Positions 12,803 through 27,242 of a stretch of 64,000 bases of DNA are shown here, in pieces (the first letter of the stretch is position 1; every line of letters begins with the position of its first letter). Made by a program: the position numbers and the translations under genes. The notes beneath the pieces were generated by a model. That model did not search any database. It had not been told where the DNA came from and saw only the letters and a list, made by a program, of their open reading frames with translations. This DNA is from Laetmonice hystrix (lineage: Eukaryota). Location of the stretch: positions 19,346,001-19,410,000 of the forward strand of contig OZ249436.1 of NCBI GenBank assembly GCA_965235115.1. Reading direction: 5' to 3'.

Positions 12803-13930
12803 ATCGAATCTGTGAAACGATGGTCGTATAGTGAAGTCGTCATTGAATCACCACCGTATCATATTGGAATAAAGGTCTCATTATAACAATCACTCAAAGG
12901 ATCACTCAAACGATGGTCGTATAGTGAAGTCGTCATTGAATCACCACCGTATCATATTGGAATAAAGGTCTCATTATAACAATCACTCAAAGGATCACTC
13001 AAACGATGGTCGTATAGTGAAGTCGTCATTGAATCACCGCCGTATCATATTGGAATAAAGGTCTCATTATAACAATCACTCAAAGGATCACTCAAACGAT
13101 GGTCGTATAGTGAAGTCGTCATTGAATCACCACCGTATCATATTGGAATAAAGGTCTCATTATAACAATCACTCAAAGGATCACTCAAACGATGGTCGTA
13201 TAGTGAAGTCGTCATTGAATCACCGCCGTATCATATTGGAATAAAGGTCTCATTATAACAATCACTCATCGAATCTGTGAAACGATGGTCGTATAGTGAA
13301 GTCGTCATTGAATCACCGCCGTATCATATTGGAATAAAGGTCTCATTATAACAATCACTCATCGAATCGGTGAAACGATGGTCGTATAGTGAAGTCGTCA
13401 TTGAATCACCACCGTATCATATTGGAATAAAGGTTTCATTATAACAATCACTCATCGAATCGGTGAAACGATGGTCGTATAGTGAAGTCGTCATTGAATC
13501 ACCGCCGTATCATATTGGAATAAAGGTCTCATTATAACAATCACTCAAAGGATCACTCAAACGATGGTCGTATAGTGAAGTCGTCATTGAATCACCACCG
13601 TATCATATTGGAATAAAGGTCTCATTATAACAATCACTCAAAGGATCACTCAAACGATGGTCGTATAGTGAAGTCGTCATTGAATCACCACCGTATCATA
13701 TTGGAATAAAGGTCTCATTATAACAATCACTCAAAGGATCACTCAAACGATGGTCGTATAGTGAAGTCGTCATTGAATCACCACCGTATCATATTGGAAT
13801 AAAGGTCTCATTATAACAATCACTCATCGAATCTGTGAAACGATGGTCGTATAGTGAAGTCGTCATTGAATCACCACCGTATCATATTGGAATAAAGGTC
13901 TCATTATAACAATCACTCAAAGGATCACTC
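12803..13930. repeat. 93-bp tandem repeat, 12 copies
   Basis: 81-bp core aaacgatggtcgtatagtg...aacaatcactc plus one of two 12-bp linkers. Units start at 12815, 12908, ... 13838. Confidence 0.97.
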
Positions 13931-16900
13931 ATATATGGTATTTTTCTTTTGAACATGACGTAAGTTGCAGCAGCTGCTGCTGCATGCGATGCTGTTGGTA
14001 CTCGAGCGGTGGGACCTCTGGACAGCAGAAAGTTTACTGTTGATATTGCGCGTACTTGCGTACAAAACTATGGTCATTAACCGCTGGAAATATTGTATAA
14101 ACATACATCTATATAATAGATAATATAACGGTAGGCCTATAGACCTACTACACTTTTTCGCCCTTTTGCACTTTGCTTTAGTAATCAGGTAAAGTTGTTT
14201 CATTCGCTTGCGAACGCCTTTTTAATATACTTTTTTTAATAAACCTGTAAATAAACCGTATACCGGTATAATGATGTTGCTGCTGCCTTATAGACGTAAA
14301 AGCTGTTTTGGATGTTGTGGAGACTATATTTTCATACACTGACTCTGTCCACATAGTTGGAAGTGCTTGTATTATATACAAATGTAGTTAACAGTGAACC
14401 ACATGTCCAGGGCAGGATTGGTAAGAGTACAGGATTGGCCCGGATTGCCGTTTTCCTCAGTGTAAAGTAATTTGGTTCCAGTCAGAACTTTACCTTTATT
14501 CCAGGTTTCCTATATATTTATTTTTAACACCCTGTTTAGGTGGACTCAGAATAAAGGACTCAACGTGTTGCAATATGCACTTTGACCGGCCCTTTTGTCG
14601 TGCGATCAGAGTGTAGTAAATATAGAGACCGTACTGCATGGGCGATTTTTGCGTTACGACCTCATGCCATCTTAGGTGACTGTGTAATTAGGATTTTACC
14701 AAACTAAAAAAATACTGAATATTTAGGTGATCAATCATGACTAATATTTATCTATAAAAGTTTATTCCATTACCAGAATAAATTGACAAGCTGAATCATG
14801 CGCAGGGAGAGCACTCTAGCGTCGGCACAAGTCAGTAGGCCGAAGAGTCCGGTGGAAGGACTTCCCCTTTCGTAACGCTATGTGTGGGAGTGATACGGCC
14901 CTGGGGGATATTCTTACCCGGGACGTCACGGCAGTTCACTGACTTGAGCCCTAGCGGCAGTTACGGACATTATAAGATTAAATCGAACTAAGAACGCCCT
15001 GGTGGCAGAATGATCCACTGAGAACATTTCCTGCTGATAAATAGTCAATTTCTGTATAACGAGATCCCCCCTCCTCCCCCTCCACAAACACACCCACACA
15101 CCCGCACACACACACACACTTTCTCACGTTTGAGTCCTTTTGCCAATCTTCGAGCCGTGCATAGATCTACATAACAATTACGGCCCAAGGATGCACATGC
15201 GCGCCACCTCACTCATTAGTAGATTATTACACCGGTGACACAAATTAGTGTTTGTATGCCTATAAGATATTATGTAACAAGCATATATGATATTTCTGTA
15301 TTTAAACTTAGACCTATGCTGGGTTTGTTTGGGGATATATTATTACCCAAATATTAATCACCAGTTTGACTGGTGTCGGGTGGAAATCTGCCATGGCTTC
15401 TAAAAAGAAGTAGGCCTATTTCGGCAAGCGTTACGTGTCCTCATTACCCATAGGGGGCCTAGGCCTCATTTATAATCTTTCTTTATAATAATATTTCAAA
15501 GACAAGTACATTTAGGTGTAAACAGATTTTCGTGGAAAACGTAGGCATATAATACACCTGAAGTAACAAGTAATTGTACATTTCCTCCATGTTGGCTTTG
15601 ATGGCAATCTTCACGGCGTCTACATCGTTAGAACAGTCCTTGAATTAATCGTGAATTGAAATCTAGAAATTATATGGTTAAAATTGGTGCAATTCGATTT
15701 CTAAATGAAATAATTTAAATAAATGACGATTCAGATATTATGTTCTTTCATTCTGGGTCTGCCGCCTTATTCTCTCAGTAGATGTTCATTTAAACCGTTT
15801 TCAGGATGCAAAACTTGGCCGCGATTCCAAGACAACCAGGCAGCCTTGCATCTTTTCTGCTCACTGCCGACTTCTTCGTACTACTGGAATAAATACGAGG
15901 TATGAGCTTATCTGCCGCCTACCGGATTTAATATTGTAGTCAGGAAATGCACGCGTTTCGACGACCGATTATCCTGCCACCAGCTGGATTTGATCCCCGA
16001 CTTCACGTCAGTAGTGTTAATTTGGTGACATCGACTGACCATTTTCCAGATTTGTTTTATTTTTTATTTTCAAATTCTGGAGCCTTTGCTGCAGTGTCTT
16101 CATACTACCATTAACTTGTCGGTTTACCGATTGGCCTTCGCTTGACCACATTGAATCTTTACATTTTCTTTTGCGTTGTTGCGACATTTTTGCAATGTCT
16201 TTTATACCGACCACCAACTTCACTGGTTTGATTTTTAATGCCGTTTTTCTCCTGGCCTTTCCCTCGGCTACGTCTTGCTAATTAAGTTGGTGGCATCGTT
16301 TAACTAACCTTTATTATGTTTTGATGATACTGTACAAATAACAAACGGTAAAAAGCCTGTTTAATTCTTTATTAAAGTAATTTCTTCCCAGACTCAAATG
16401 TTCGGCGCCAACCTTCCGCACTAAAAACCAGGGATAAATCCTACTTATGCATGTAAAACCCTGGAAAAGCGTAAAGGCAGCTGTAAAATCCAAGCACAAG
16501 TCCGAATAAATGACATTTTATGGAAAAGGGGTGGCGGTGGGCTTTAACTGTTTCTCTCCCGAAGGTCTGCGAGACAGCGGACTTGTGTGTTTCCCATCTG
16601 ACGATTAGGTTGAAAGAGTGGTCGCCGTCCACACCTCGTGTGCGATAATCCTCGTGACCTTCGACCTATATGGCTGCTCCGACGGAATGTGGCGTATATT
16701 GCGGCAAGTAGTCAGTCTTCAACACTGCAACTAAAACTACTTGTTCAGTTAATAAATTTAATATATTATCTTCACATCCGTTCGTAAATATTAAATTATC
16801 AAAGCAAACATTGAAAACAAATAGAAATCACAGCCAAACCTCAACAGCAGTTTCAGTGATTTAATAGGATACCTATACATTTTAATGTAATACTAAAGTG

Positions 16901-17835
16901 TTGTTACTATGGCCTCCTCCCCTCATAGCCATCCGATCCACCGACAACGCCAGTTTAGTGATGTCGTTTTTATATGGACTTCCTTGGTCTTTTTTTCTTT
17001 GTTTTACTCGTCTCGTGTTTTGATATTCAGTCTGTAGCACCTGGCACAAATGTAGCTTTTAGACTTATATCTTGTTTGAACGTCATTATTGCTGTTGTGC
17101 ATTTTATGCCGGTTTTCATTTGTCATTATCTGAACCGTCATATTCACACTCTGATCACTCCTTCAGATTGTTTTCTGCACGTGTCTGCTCGATTGTCTGT
17201 TCGTTCGTTGCTGTTCGTTCTGCAGAACCTGGCCATTGGGTATCAATACCAAACACATTCATTGCAAGTTGAGGCATCACTGATGCCGGTTTTATAGATT
17301 ATATATTGGTGGAACGTCATTATTTCTGTTTTGCTTTTTATACCCGTTTTCATTTTTCATTGTCTCAACTGCCATGATCATTCATTGTCATATGTACAGC
17401 CCTACATTGGCTGCATACGACGGAAATAAACACCATTGCTTTTCCATATGTCGCGTTTTACCGAAGGATCAGTTTTCAAGTCATTTCTTTAAACTCAGTG
17501 TCATCCATCAACGTTTGCCTATTTCATAACCTCTGAAGAACCCCAGGACATCAAGCAATTGACACTTTATTGAGACTTAGCCAACTTAGTTAACTTAAGT
17601 TCTACTCGGCTTAAACTAAACCATTAAACATTAAATTATCAAACAAACGACCAAACAACGAAGACCACCCACGTGAAATAGTGTTTCAATCATCGACAAA
17701 ATCAACCTTCCACATAATGAAAATACTACCAATGACAATGAAAAGGTTCCCTGTCTCTGAGGTATAAGGTAAGCAACATAAAAATTAAACCCCACAAGCA
17801 TTGTATTCAAACATGAAGACATTCAAACATTAAGA

Positions 17836-20800
17836 CATTCAAAACATCAGAAACATCAATAGAATCAGGGAAATAAAATCAATCGCCCCACCAAAATCAT
17901 CAAAACAGTCACCCATCAGCGTGTGAAAATATCAACCTAGTGGCGACTCAAATGTAAGTATCATACATGACCGTTTGCCTAAAGTATCATTCTCCTGAGC
18001 ATTTTTCATAGTTTGTGTGCATGTATATCCGCTTTTTACGAATCCACACCTCACTCCATGATTCGATAGGGTACCATATTCACCAGTTTAGTATTAATGT
18101 TGTCTTTCTTTGTCTTTGTTCAACTGTTTTGATATTGATTCTGCAGCACCTGGCTGCTGTGCATTATACCAACCACATTCGGCATACGGTTGTGGCATTA
18201 CTGATGCCTTTATAGGTTTATATCTTGTTTAAACGTCGTTATTCGTGTTGTGCATTGTCTGAACTGTCATATTCACACCCTGCTCTCTCATTCAGATTTT
18301 GCTGCACGAGTCTTCTCGTTTTTGTTTTTTTTCTTGTGTTTTTTTTTACTCTGTCACTATCTTTGAATTTCAATTTCGAAATGGACAGTGACATTGCCTC
18401 CATGTGATGGGAACTAAACACCTTCGCTTTTCCATGTTTTGCCAAAGTATTATCGAAGATCAGTTTTTGAAGTCACTCCTTTATACTTAACTAATTTAAC
18501 TAAACTAAACCTAACTTATACACTTCAACAACATGAAAACTACAAAGCAAGAAACGTGAAACATAGAAGACAAAAAACATTAGACAATATTTCAAACAGA
18601 GGCACAATCAACTTTCAAATAAAACCCTAATCTGCTGCAGTAGGCCTACTTGAAAGCAAACCAACATACCTTGCTCAAGGAATGCAATATTACATGGCGT
18701 TTCAAATTCATTCGAACATAAGCAGCATAAACATTAACCCCAACAAACATCTTATTCAAACATTAAAGCATTCAAAACATCGGAAACATAAATAGAATCA
18801 GGGAAATAAATGAAATCAAATGCACGTAATCAAACCCCAGTGTGTGAAAATATCAAACCAGCATAAACATGCCTAATACATGTGCGACTCGTATACAAGA
18901 ACACTGTATCATACATTTGACAGTTTGCCTTGAGTAGCATTCTCCTGAGCATTGTTCATCGTTTGGGGAACATTCAAAACATCGAAAACATCAATAGAAT
19001 CAGGGAAATACATAAAAAACAATCACCCATCAGCGTGTGAAAATATCAACCTAGTGGCGACTCAAATGTTAGTGTCATGCATGACCGTTTGCCAGGAGTA
19101 TCATTCTCCTGAGCATTTTTCATAGTTTGTGTGCATGTATATCCGCTTTTTACGAATCCACACCTAACTCCATGATTCGATAGGGTACCATATTCACCAG
19201 TTTAGTATTAATGTTGTCTTTCTTGATGAATTTGTCTTTGTTCAACTGTTTTGATATTCATTCTGGAGCACCTAGCTGCTGCGCATTATACCAACCACAT
19301 TCAGCATAAGGTTGTGGCATTACTGATGCCTTTATAGGTTATATCTTGTTTAAACGTCGTTATTCGTGTTGTGCTTTGTCTGAACTGTCATATTCACACC
19401 CTGCTCTCTCATTCAGATTCTGCTGCACGAGTCTTCTCGTTTTTGTTTTTTTTTCTTGTTTTTTTTTACTCTGTCACCATCTTTGAATTTCATTTTCGAA
19501 ATGGACAGTGACATTGGCTCCGTGTGATGGGAACTAAACACCTTCGCTTTTCCATGTTTCGCCAAAGTATTATCGATGATCAGTTTTTGAAGTCACTCCT
19601 TTATACTTAACTAAACTGAACCTAACTTATATACATAACTTCACCAACATGAAAACTACAAAGCAAGAAACGTCAAACATAGAAGACAAAAAACATTAGA
19701 CAATATTTCAAACAGAGGCACAATCAACTTTCAAATAAAATATGTATATAAAAACAATGAAATAATCAACCTCAACACACTCCATCAACATCCACAGCCC
19801 CTAATCTGCTGCAGTAGGCCTACTTGAAAGCAAACCAACATACCTTGCTCAAGAAATGCAATATTACATGGCATTTCAAATTCATTCGAACATAAGCAGC
19901 ATAAACATTAACCCCAACAAACATCTTATTCAAACATTAAAGCATTCAAAACATCGGAAACATAAATAGAATCAGGGAAATAAATTAAATCAAATGCACG
20001 TAATCAAACCCCAGTGTGTGAAAATATCAAACCAGCATAAACATGCCTAATACATGTGCGACTCGTATACAAGAACACCGTATCATACATTTGACAGTTT
20101 GCCTTGAGTAGCATTCTCCTGAGCATTGTTCATCGTTTGGGGAACATCGAAAACATCAATAGAATCAGCGATATACATAAAATCAATCGTCCCACCAAAA
20201 GCATCAAAACAATCACCCATCAGCGTGTGAAAATATCAACCTAGTGGCGACTCAAATGTAAGTGTCGTACATGACCGTTTGCCAGGAGTATCATTCTCCT
20301 GAGCATTTTTCATAGTTTGTGTGCATGTATATCCGCTTTTTACGAATCCACACCTAACTCCATGATTCGATAGGGTACCATATTCACCAGTTTAGTATTA
20401 ATGTTGTCTTTCTTGATGAATTTGTCTTTGTTCAACTGTTTTGATAATCATTCTGCAGCACCTAGCTGCTGTGCATTATACCAACCACATTCAGCATAAG
20501 GTTGTGGCATTACTGATGCCTTTATAGGTTATATCTTGTTTAAACGTCGTTATTCGCGTTGTGCTTTGTCTGAACTGTCATATTCACACCCTGCTCTCTC
20601 ATTCAGATTCTGCTGCACGAGTCTTCTCGTTTTTGTTTTTTTTTTCTTGTTTTTTTTTACTCTGTCACCATCTTTGAATTTCATTTTCGAAATGGACAGT
20701 GACATTGGCTCCGTGTGATGGGAACTAAACACCTTCGCTTTTCCATGTTTCGCCAAAGTATTATCGATGATCAGTTTTTGAAGTCACTCCTAACTTATAC

Positions 20801-23696
20801 ATAACTTCACCAACATAAAAACTACAAAGCAAGAAACGTCAAACATAGAAGACAAAAAACATTAGACAATATTTCAAACAGAGGCACAATCAACTTTCAA
20901 ATAAAACATGTATATAAAAACAATGAAATAATCAACCTCAACACACTCCATCAACATCCACAGCCCCTAATCTGCTGCAGTAGGCCTACTTGAAAGCAAA
21001 CCAACATACCTTGCTCAAGAAATGCAATATTACATGGCATTTCAAATTCATTCGAACATAAGCAGCATAAACATTAACCCCAACAAACATCTTATTCAAA
21101 CATTAAAGCATTCAAAACATCGGAAACATATATAGAATCAGGGAAATAAATTAAATCAAATGCACGTAATCAAACCCCAGTGTGTGAAAATATCAAACCA
21201 GCATAAACATGCCTAATACATGTGCGACTCGTATACAAGAACACCGTATCATACATTTGACGGTTTGCCTTGAGTAGCATTCTCCTGAGCATTGTTCATC
21301 GTTTGGGGAACATCGAAAACATCAATAGAATCAGCGATATACATAAAATCAATCGTCCCACCAAAAGCATCAAAACAATCACCCATCGCGTGTGAAAATA
21401 TCAACCTAGTGGCGACTCAAATGTAAGTGTCATACATGACCGTTTGCCAGGAGTATCATTCTCCTGAGCATTTTTCATAGTTTGTGTGCATGTATATCCG
21501 CTTTTTACGAATCCACACCTAACTCCATGATTCGATAGGGTACCATATTCACCAGTTTAGTATTAATGTTGTCTTTCTTGATGAATTTGTCTTTGTTCAA
21601 CTGTTTTGATAATCATTCTGCAGCACCTAGCTGCTGTGCATTATACCAACCACATTCAGCATAAGGTTGTGGCATTACTGATGCCTTTATAGGTTATATC
21701 TTGTTTAAACGTCGTTATTCGTGTTGTGCTTTGTCTGAACTGTCATATTCACACCCTGCTCTCATTCAGATTTTGCTGCACGAGTCTTCTCGTTTGTTTT
21801 TTTGTTTTTTTTTTACTCTGTCACCATCTTTGAATTTCATTTTCGAAATGGACAGTGACATTGGCTCCATGTGATGGGAACTAAACACCTTCGCTTTTCC
21901 ATGTTTCGCCAAAGTATTATCGATGATCAGTTTTTGAAGTCACTCCTTTATACTTAACTAAACTGAACCTAACTTATACTTAACTTCAACAACATGAAAA
22001 CTACAAAGCAAGAAACGTCAAACATAGAAGACAAAAAACATTAGACAATATTTCAAACAGAGGCACAATCAACTTTCAAATAAAACATGTATATAAAAAC
22101 AATGAAATAATCAACCTCAACACACTCCATCAACATCCACAGCCCCTAATCTGCTGCAGTAGGCCTACTTGAAAGCAAACCAACATACCTTGCTCAAGGA
22201 ATGCAATATTACATGGCGTTTCAAATTCATTCGAACATAAGCAGCATAAACATTAACCCCAACAAACATCTTATTCAAACATTAAAGCATTCAAAACATC
22301 GGAAACATAAATAGAATCAGGGAAATAAATGAAATCAAATGCACGTAATCAAACCCCAGTGTGTGAAAATATCAAACCAGCATAAACATGCCTAATACAT
22401 GTGCGACTCGTATACAAGAACACCGTATCATACATTTGACAGTTTGCCTTGAGTAGCATTCTCCTGAGCATTGTTCATCGTTTGGGGAACATTCAAAACA
22501 TCGAAAACATCAATAGAATCAGGGAAATACATAAAATCAATCGCCCCAGCAAAATCATCAAAACAATCACCCATCAGCGTGTGAAAATATCAACCTAGTG
22601 GCGACTCAAATGTAAGTGTCATACATGACCGTTTGCCAGGAGTATCATTCTCCTGAGCATTTTTCATCGTTTGTGTGCATGTATATCCGCTTTTTACGAA
22701 TCCACACCTAACCCCATGATTCGATAGGGTACCATATTCACTAGTTTAGTATTAATGTTGTCTTTCTTGATGAATTTGTCTTTGTTCAACTGTTTTGATA
22801 TTTATTCTGCAGCACCTAGCTGCTGTGCATTATACCAACCACATTCAGCATAAGGTTGTGGCATAACTGATGCCTTTATAGGTTATATCTTGTTTAAACG
22901 TCGTTATTCGTGTTGTGCTTTGTCTGAACTGTCATATTCACACCCTGCTCTCTCATTCAGATTTTGCTGCACGAGTCTTCTCGTTTTTGGTTTTTTTTTC
23001 TTGTTTTTTTTTTTACTCTGTCACCATCTTTGAATTTCATTTTCGAAATGGACAGTGACATTGGCTCCATGTGATGGGAACTAAACACCTTCGCTTTTCC
23101 ATGTTTCGCCAAAGTATTATCGATGATCAGTTTTTGAAGTCACTCCTTTTTAACTAAACTGAACCTAACTTCAACAACATGAAAACTACAAAGCAAGAAA
23201 CGTCAAACATAGAAGACAAAACACAAGACAATATTTTAAACATAGACACAATCAACTTTCAAATAAAACATTTATATAAAAACAATGAAATATGAAATAT
23301 TCAACCTCAACCCACTCCATCAACATCCACAGCCCCTAATCTGCTGCAGTCGGCCTACTTGAAAGCAAACCAACATACCTTGCTCAAGAAATGCAATATT
23401 ACATGGCGTTTCAAATTTATTCGAACATAAGCAGCATAAACAGTAACCCCAACCAACATCTTATTCAAACATTAAAGCATTCAAAACATCGGAAACATAA
23501 ATAGAATCAGGGAAATAAATGAAATCAAATGCACACAAATACGTAATCAAACCAATTAAACCCCAGTGTGTGAAAATATCAAACCAGCATAAACATGCCT
23601 AATACATGTGCGACTCGTATACAAGTACACCGTATCATACATTTGACCGTTTGCCTCGAGTAGCATTCTCCTGAGCATTGTTCATCGTTTGGGGAA
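17836..23696. repeat. Tandem array of about 1.1-1.2 kb units, 5 near-identical copies
   Basis: Marker gtgtgaaaatatcaacctagtggcgactc recurs at about 17921, 19035, 20225, 21390 and 22581. More diverged relatives lie at 16950-17830, 23700-24250 and 24840-25900. Confidence 0.95.
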
Positions 23697-25904
23697 CTCC
23701 AGAGTATGGCTACATCCTTTTTTACAAATCCATGGTCAGTTTAGTATTGATGTCTTTCTTGGTCATTTTCTTTGTGTTTGACTCTACATTTCGTTGTTTT
23801 GATATTCATTCTGCAGCCCCTGGCAGCTGTGCATTGTACCAACCACATTCAGTGCAAGTCTGTGGCATGACTGATGCCGTTATAGGTTATATCTTGTTTA
23901 AACGTCGTTATTTGTTTCACGTTTAACCGATACATCAGTACTTTCAAGTGATTTTATTAAACCCAATTGTCATGTGGCGATTTTTGCCGATTTCATAAAC
24001 TATAAAGAAACACAAGAGATCAAAGAATTGACATTTTATTAATTGAGACTTATACTTATCTTAAACCAAACTTAACCTAACTTATATTTAACTTTAACTA
24101 ACCCATGGACCTGAACACAATCAACCTTCAACATATGAAAATACTACATCCAAAAACAGTGAAAGAATCAACTCAACAGTGTAGGTAAACGATGCAAGTA
24201 TCATTCATAGGTCAAACTGCAACCCACTTTACTTGAAAGCAAACACTCATCTCTTTGAATAATCGTGTCCTCAAGGGCAGCAGGCAGGAAGGTAAGCACT
24301 AAGGTGAACAGCAGACATTCCAACAAGAGGGTATACCGACGGGCAGGCAAGCTGAAAGACAGGCCAGCAGGCAGACGGACACACAGATTACCGATCAGGA
24401 AGGCAGACAGGTAGTAAGGCAGACAGACAGGCAGGAAGGAACGATCGCAGACAGGCAGGCAGTCAAGCAGGCGGTAAGGCAGGCAGGCAGGCGGCCAGGT
24501 AGTGAAAGCAGGCACGCAGGAAAGCAGGGGATTGGCCAGGCAGGACGGCACGCAGATTGGCACACCCAGGCACACCGCTCCACACACCCACCCACCCACC
24601 CAAAACCCCACATTACCACATGTCCACCAGAGTACCCAGCGGACCACCCCCCCAACCAGACAACCCACCCAACCGGCCACCCATCTGACCACACACCCAC
24701 CCTGAAACCCATCGATCCACCCGACAAACCCGAAAACCGACCCGAAAAGCAACCCATCCGACCGTCCGAGCGACCATCTTTTCTACACCTCCTACTGAAT
24801 GGACAACCGGCATCTTATAACCTGAAAAAAACATGAACTCAAAACAACCATCAATATGTGGAAATATATACAAAAAATCGTATGCATTTGATCAAGGTAC
24901 CATACATAACATAAGAGCAAGCACACAGAACGTTTTAAACATCATTAAAACTCATCTATCAGGATATCAACACATGTCTAATACAGTCATACAAGTATCA
25001 AACAAGGTATTGAAACTAAAACAATAAACTCAGCATGTGAAAATATCAAATCAACATGGTCATACACAGTAACTGATGCAAGTATCATACAAGATTATTA
25101 AACTTAAAAAATATATCATAACATTAAAACAAGCAATAATAAACATACAACGAAATAAAATCAATTGGCCTATATAAGAAACGACATGCAATTTGTTAGA
25201 CCGGTTTAATACTTATCACCCTGTCTTTTGTGACAGTATCATATTATTTGTGGAAGATAGTTCTTTTCCTACCCCGAGTCAGTTTAGTATTTATGTTGTC
25301 TTTCTTTTGGCGTTTGACTCTTTACATGTTGTTTTGATATTCATTCTGCAGCACCTGGCTGCTGTGCTGTACCGTATGTTCACACCCAATATACTATTAT
25401 ATTTGCTCAATTGTACCAATTCTTCATCGTTTATTTCTTGTGTCACCTGTGTCATCCTTTGCCTGTTGTAAGACCTTTGTGGCAATTCCTGGATTTTCAT
25501 CATGCTACAACTTTTGTTAATCTCATAACCTCTGTTGGAATCAAGATATCAAGCAATAGACATTTTGATTATAAAAGGAGCAACTTAAAAAGGTTAGGAA
25601 CTTAACGTAACAACCAAACAAAAGACCTTAGTGATAAGTCAAAACTGATACATTGTTTTAAACACGGCCCCGAACAATGGTAAGCATGTGAAAATATCAC
25701 ATACAAAATCAATGAAAATCAATATCACATACAAAATCAATGAAAATCGATAATAAACATATTGGTTATGTAGGCTACTATCATACATGGGCCAAACCTC
25801 GACCCACTCAACATTCATACAAGCCCTAAATCTGCTGCAGTGTTTTAAAGCAACCCCACACAAAAGGAACATAAAGACAAACGCATACTCTTTCAAACAT
25901 TTGA

Positions 25905-26525
25905 ACCTGTAGGTTATTCTTCACGTTGGCACCCTAGGTTTGTGTTAAACCTGAGCATGTTAACATACTTGATGTGTGCCTTTTTATTGTTATGCTGATG
26001 CACCAGTTTTTGTCAGTGATTTCATGCTTAAACCTAAGCATGTTGGCACCCTTGCTTTGTGTCTTTGTTATGCTCATTCACCAGTTTTTTCAGCGATCTC
26101 ATGTTTAACCCAGAGTCATGTCGACACCCTCGGTTAGTGTCGTTAATATTATAGTGATGTACCAGCTTTTCTCAGCGATTTCTGTTTTAACATGAGCACG
26201 TTGCACCCTTGGTTTTTATTTTTATACTCATTTTCTGTTTTTTTTCCAGCGATTTCATGTTTAAACCTGAGTCATGGTGACCCCTTGGTTTGTGTCGTTA
26301 TTATAGTGATGTACCAGTTTTTTTCAGCGATTTCTGTTTTAACATGGGCGCGTTGCACCCGTGGTTTGTATTTATATACTAATTGTCTGGGTTTTTTTTA
26401 GCGATTTCATGTTTAAACCTGAGTCGTGGTGACACCCTTGGTTTGTGTCCTTATAATGTTATACTGATGTACCAGTTTTTGTCAGCGATTTTGTGTTTAA
26501 ACCCAAGCACGTTGGCACCCTTGAA
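25905..26525. repeat. Diverged tandem repeat of about 75-80 bp
   Basis: Recurring tttcagcgatttcatgtttaaacctgag...gcacccttggtttgtgtc...gtaccag. Confidence 0.8.
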
Positions 26526-27242
26526 ATCCTTGAAGAGGCCAAAGAACCTTATCTTCACACGTTCAAAGATACCTACACTAACACATTCAGACTTACATTC
26601 AAAACTTAAAAACAAATCACAAGCCATACAATAAACTATGATACACACAATTGTGTAATACACATCGATACAAACATCACGTGAATCATCATCATCAAAA
26701 TAAGAAAAGATTAAATCAACAGGTGCCTTGTTTCAGTGACAGTGTATGAAAGCCAAAGAACACCTTATGTTTGCACTGTTCATGGTCATAAAACACGAGG
26801 AACTTAAATTTAAACATAACTTAAATAAATCTTAACAACAATCTAGCCCCTAAGATGCCCTTTAAATTTTGTGTTTAAACCCAAGCACGTTGGCACCCTT
26901 GAAATCCTTGAAGAGGCCAAAGAACCTTATCTTCACACGTTCAAAGATACCTACACTAACACATTCAGACTTACATTCAAAACTTAAAAACAAATCACAA
27001 GCCATACAATAAACTATGATACACACAATTGTGTAATACACATCGATACAAACATCACGTGAATCATCATCATCAAAATAAGAAAAGATTAAATCAACAG
27101 GTGCCTTGTTTCAGTGACAGTGTATGAAAGCCAAAGAACACCTTATGTTTGCACTGTTCATGGTCATAAAACATGAGGAACTTAAATTTAAACATAACTT
27201 AAATAAATCTTAACAACAATCTAGCCCCTAAGATGCCCTTTA
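26488..27242. repeat. 378-bp near-perfect tandem duplication
   Basis: 26488-26865 is repeated at 26866-27242. One internal difference noticed (cacgagg versus catgagg). Confidence 0.93.

Noticed and set aside
13925..16632. Short protein-like minus ORFs (13925-14381 and 16017-16632) as viral or transposon remnants
   Set aside because: No recognisable motif. A TBLASTX search is needed before any call.
24201..24873. 183-aa hydrophobic ORF and overlapping ORFs
   Set aside because: Low-complexity GCAG/CCCA sequence that is open in several frames on both strands.
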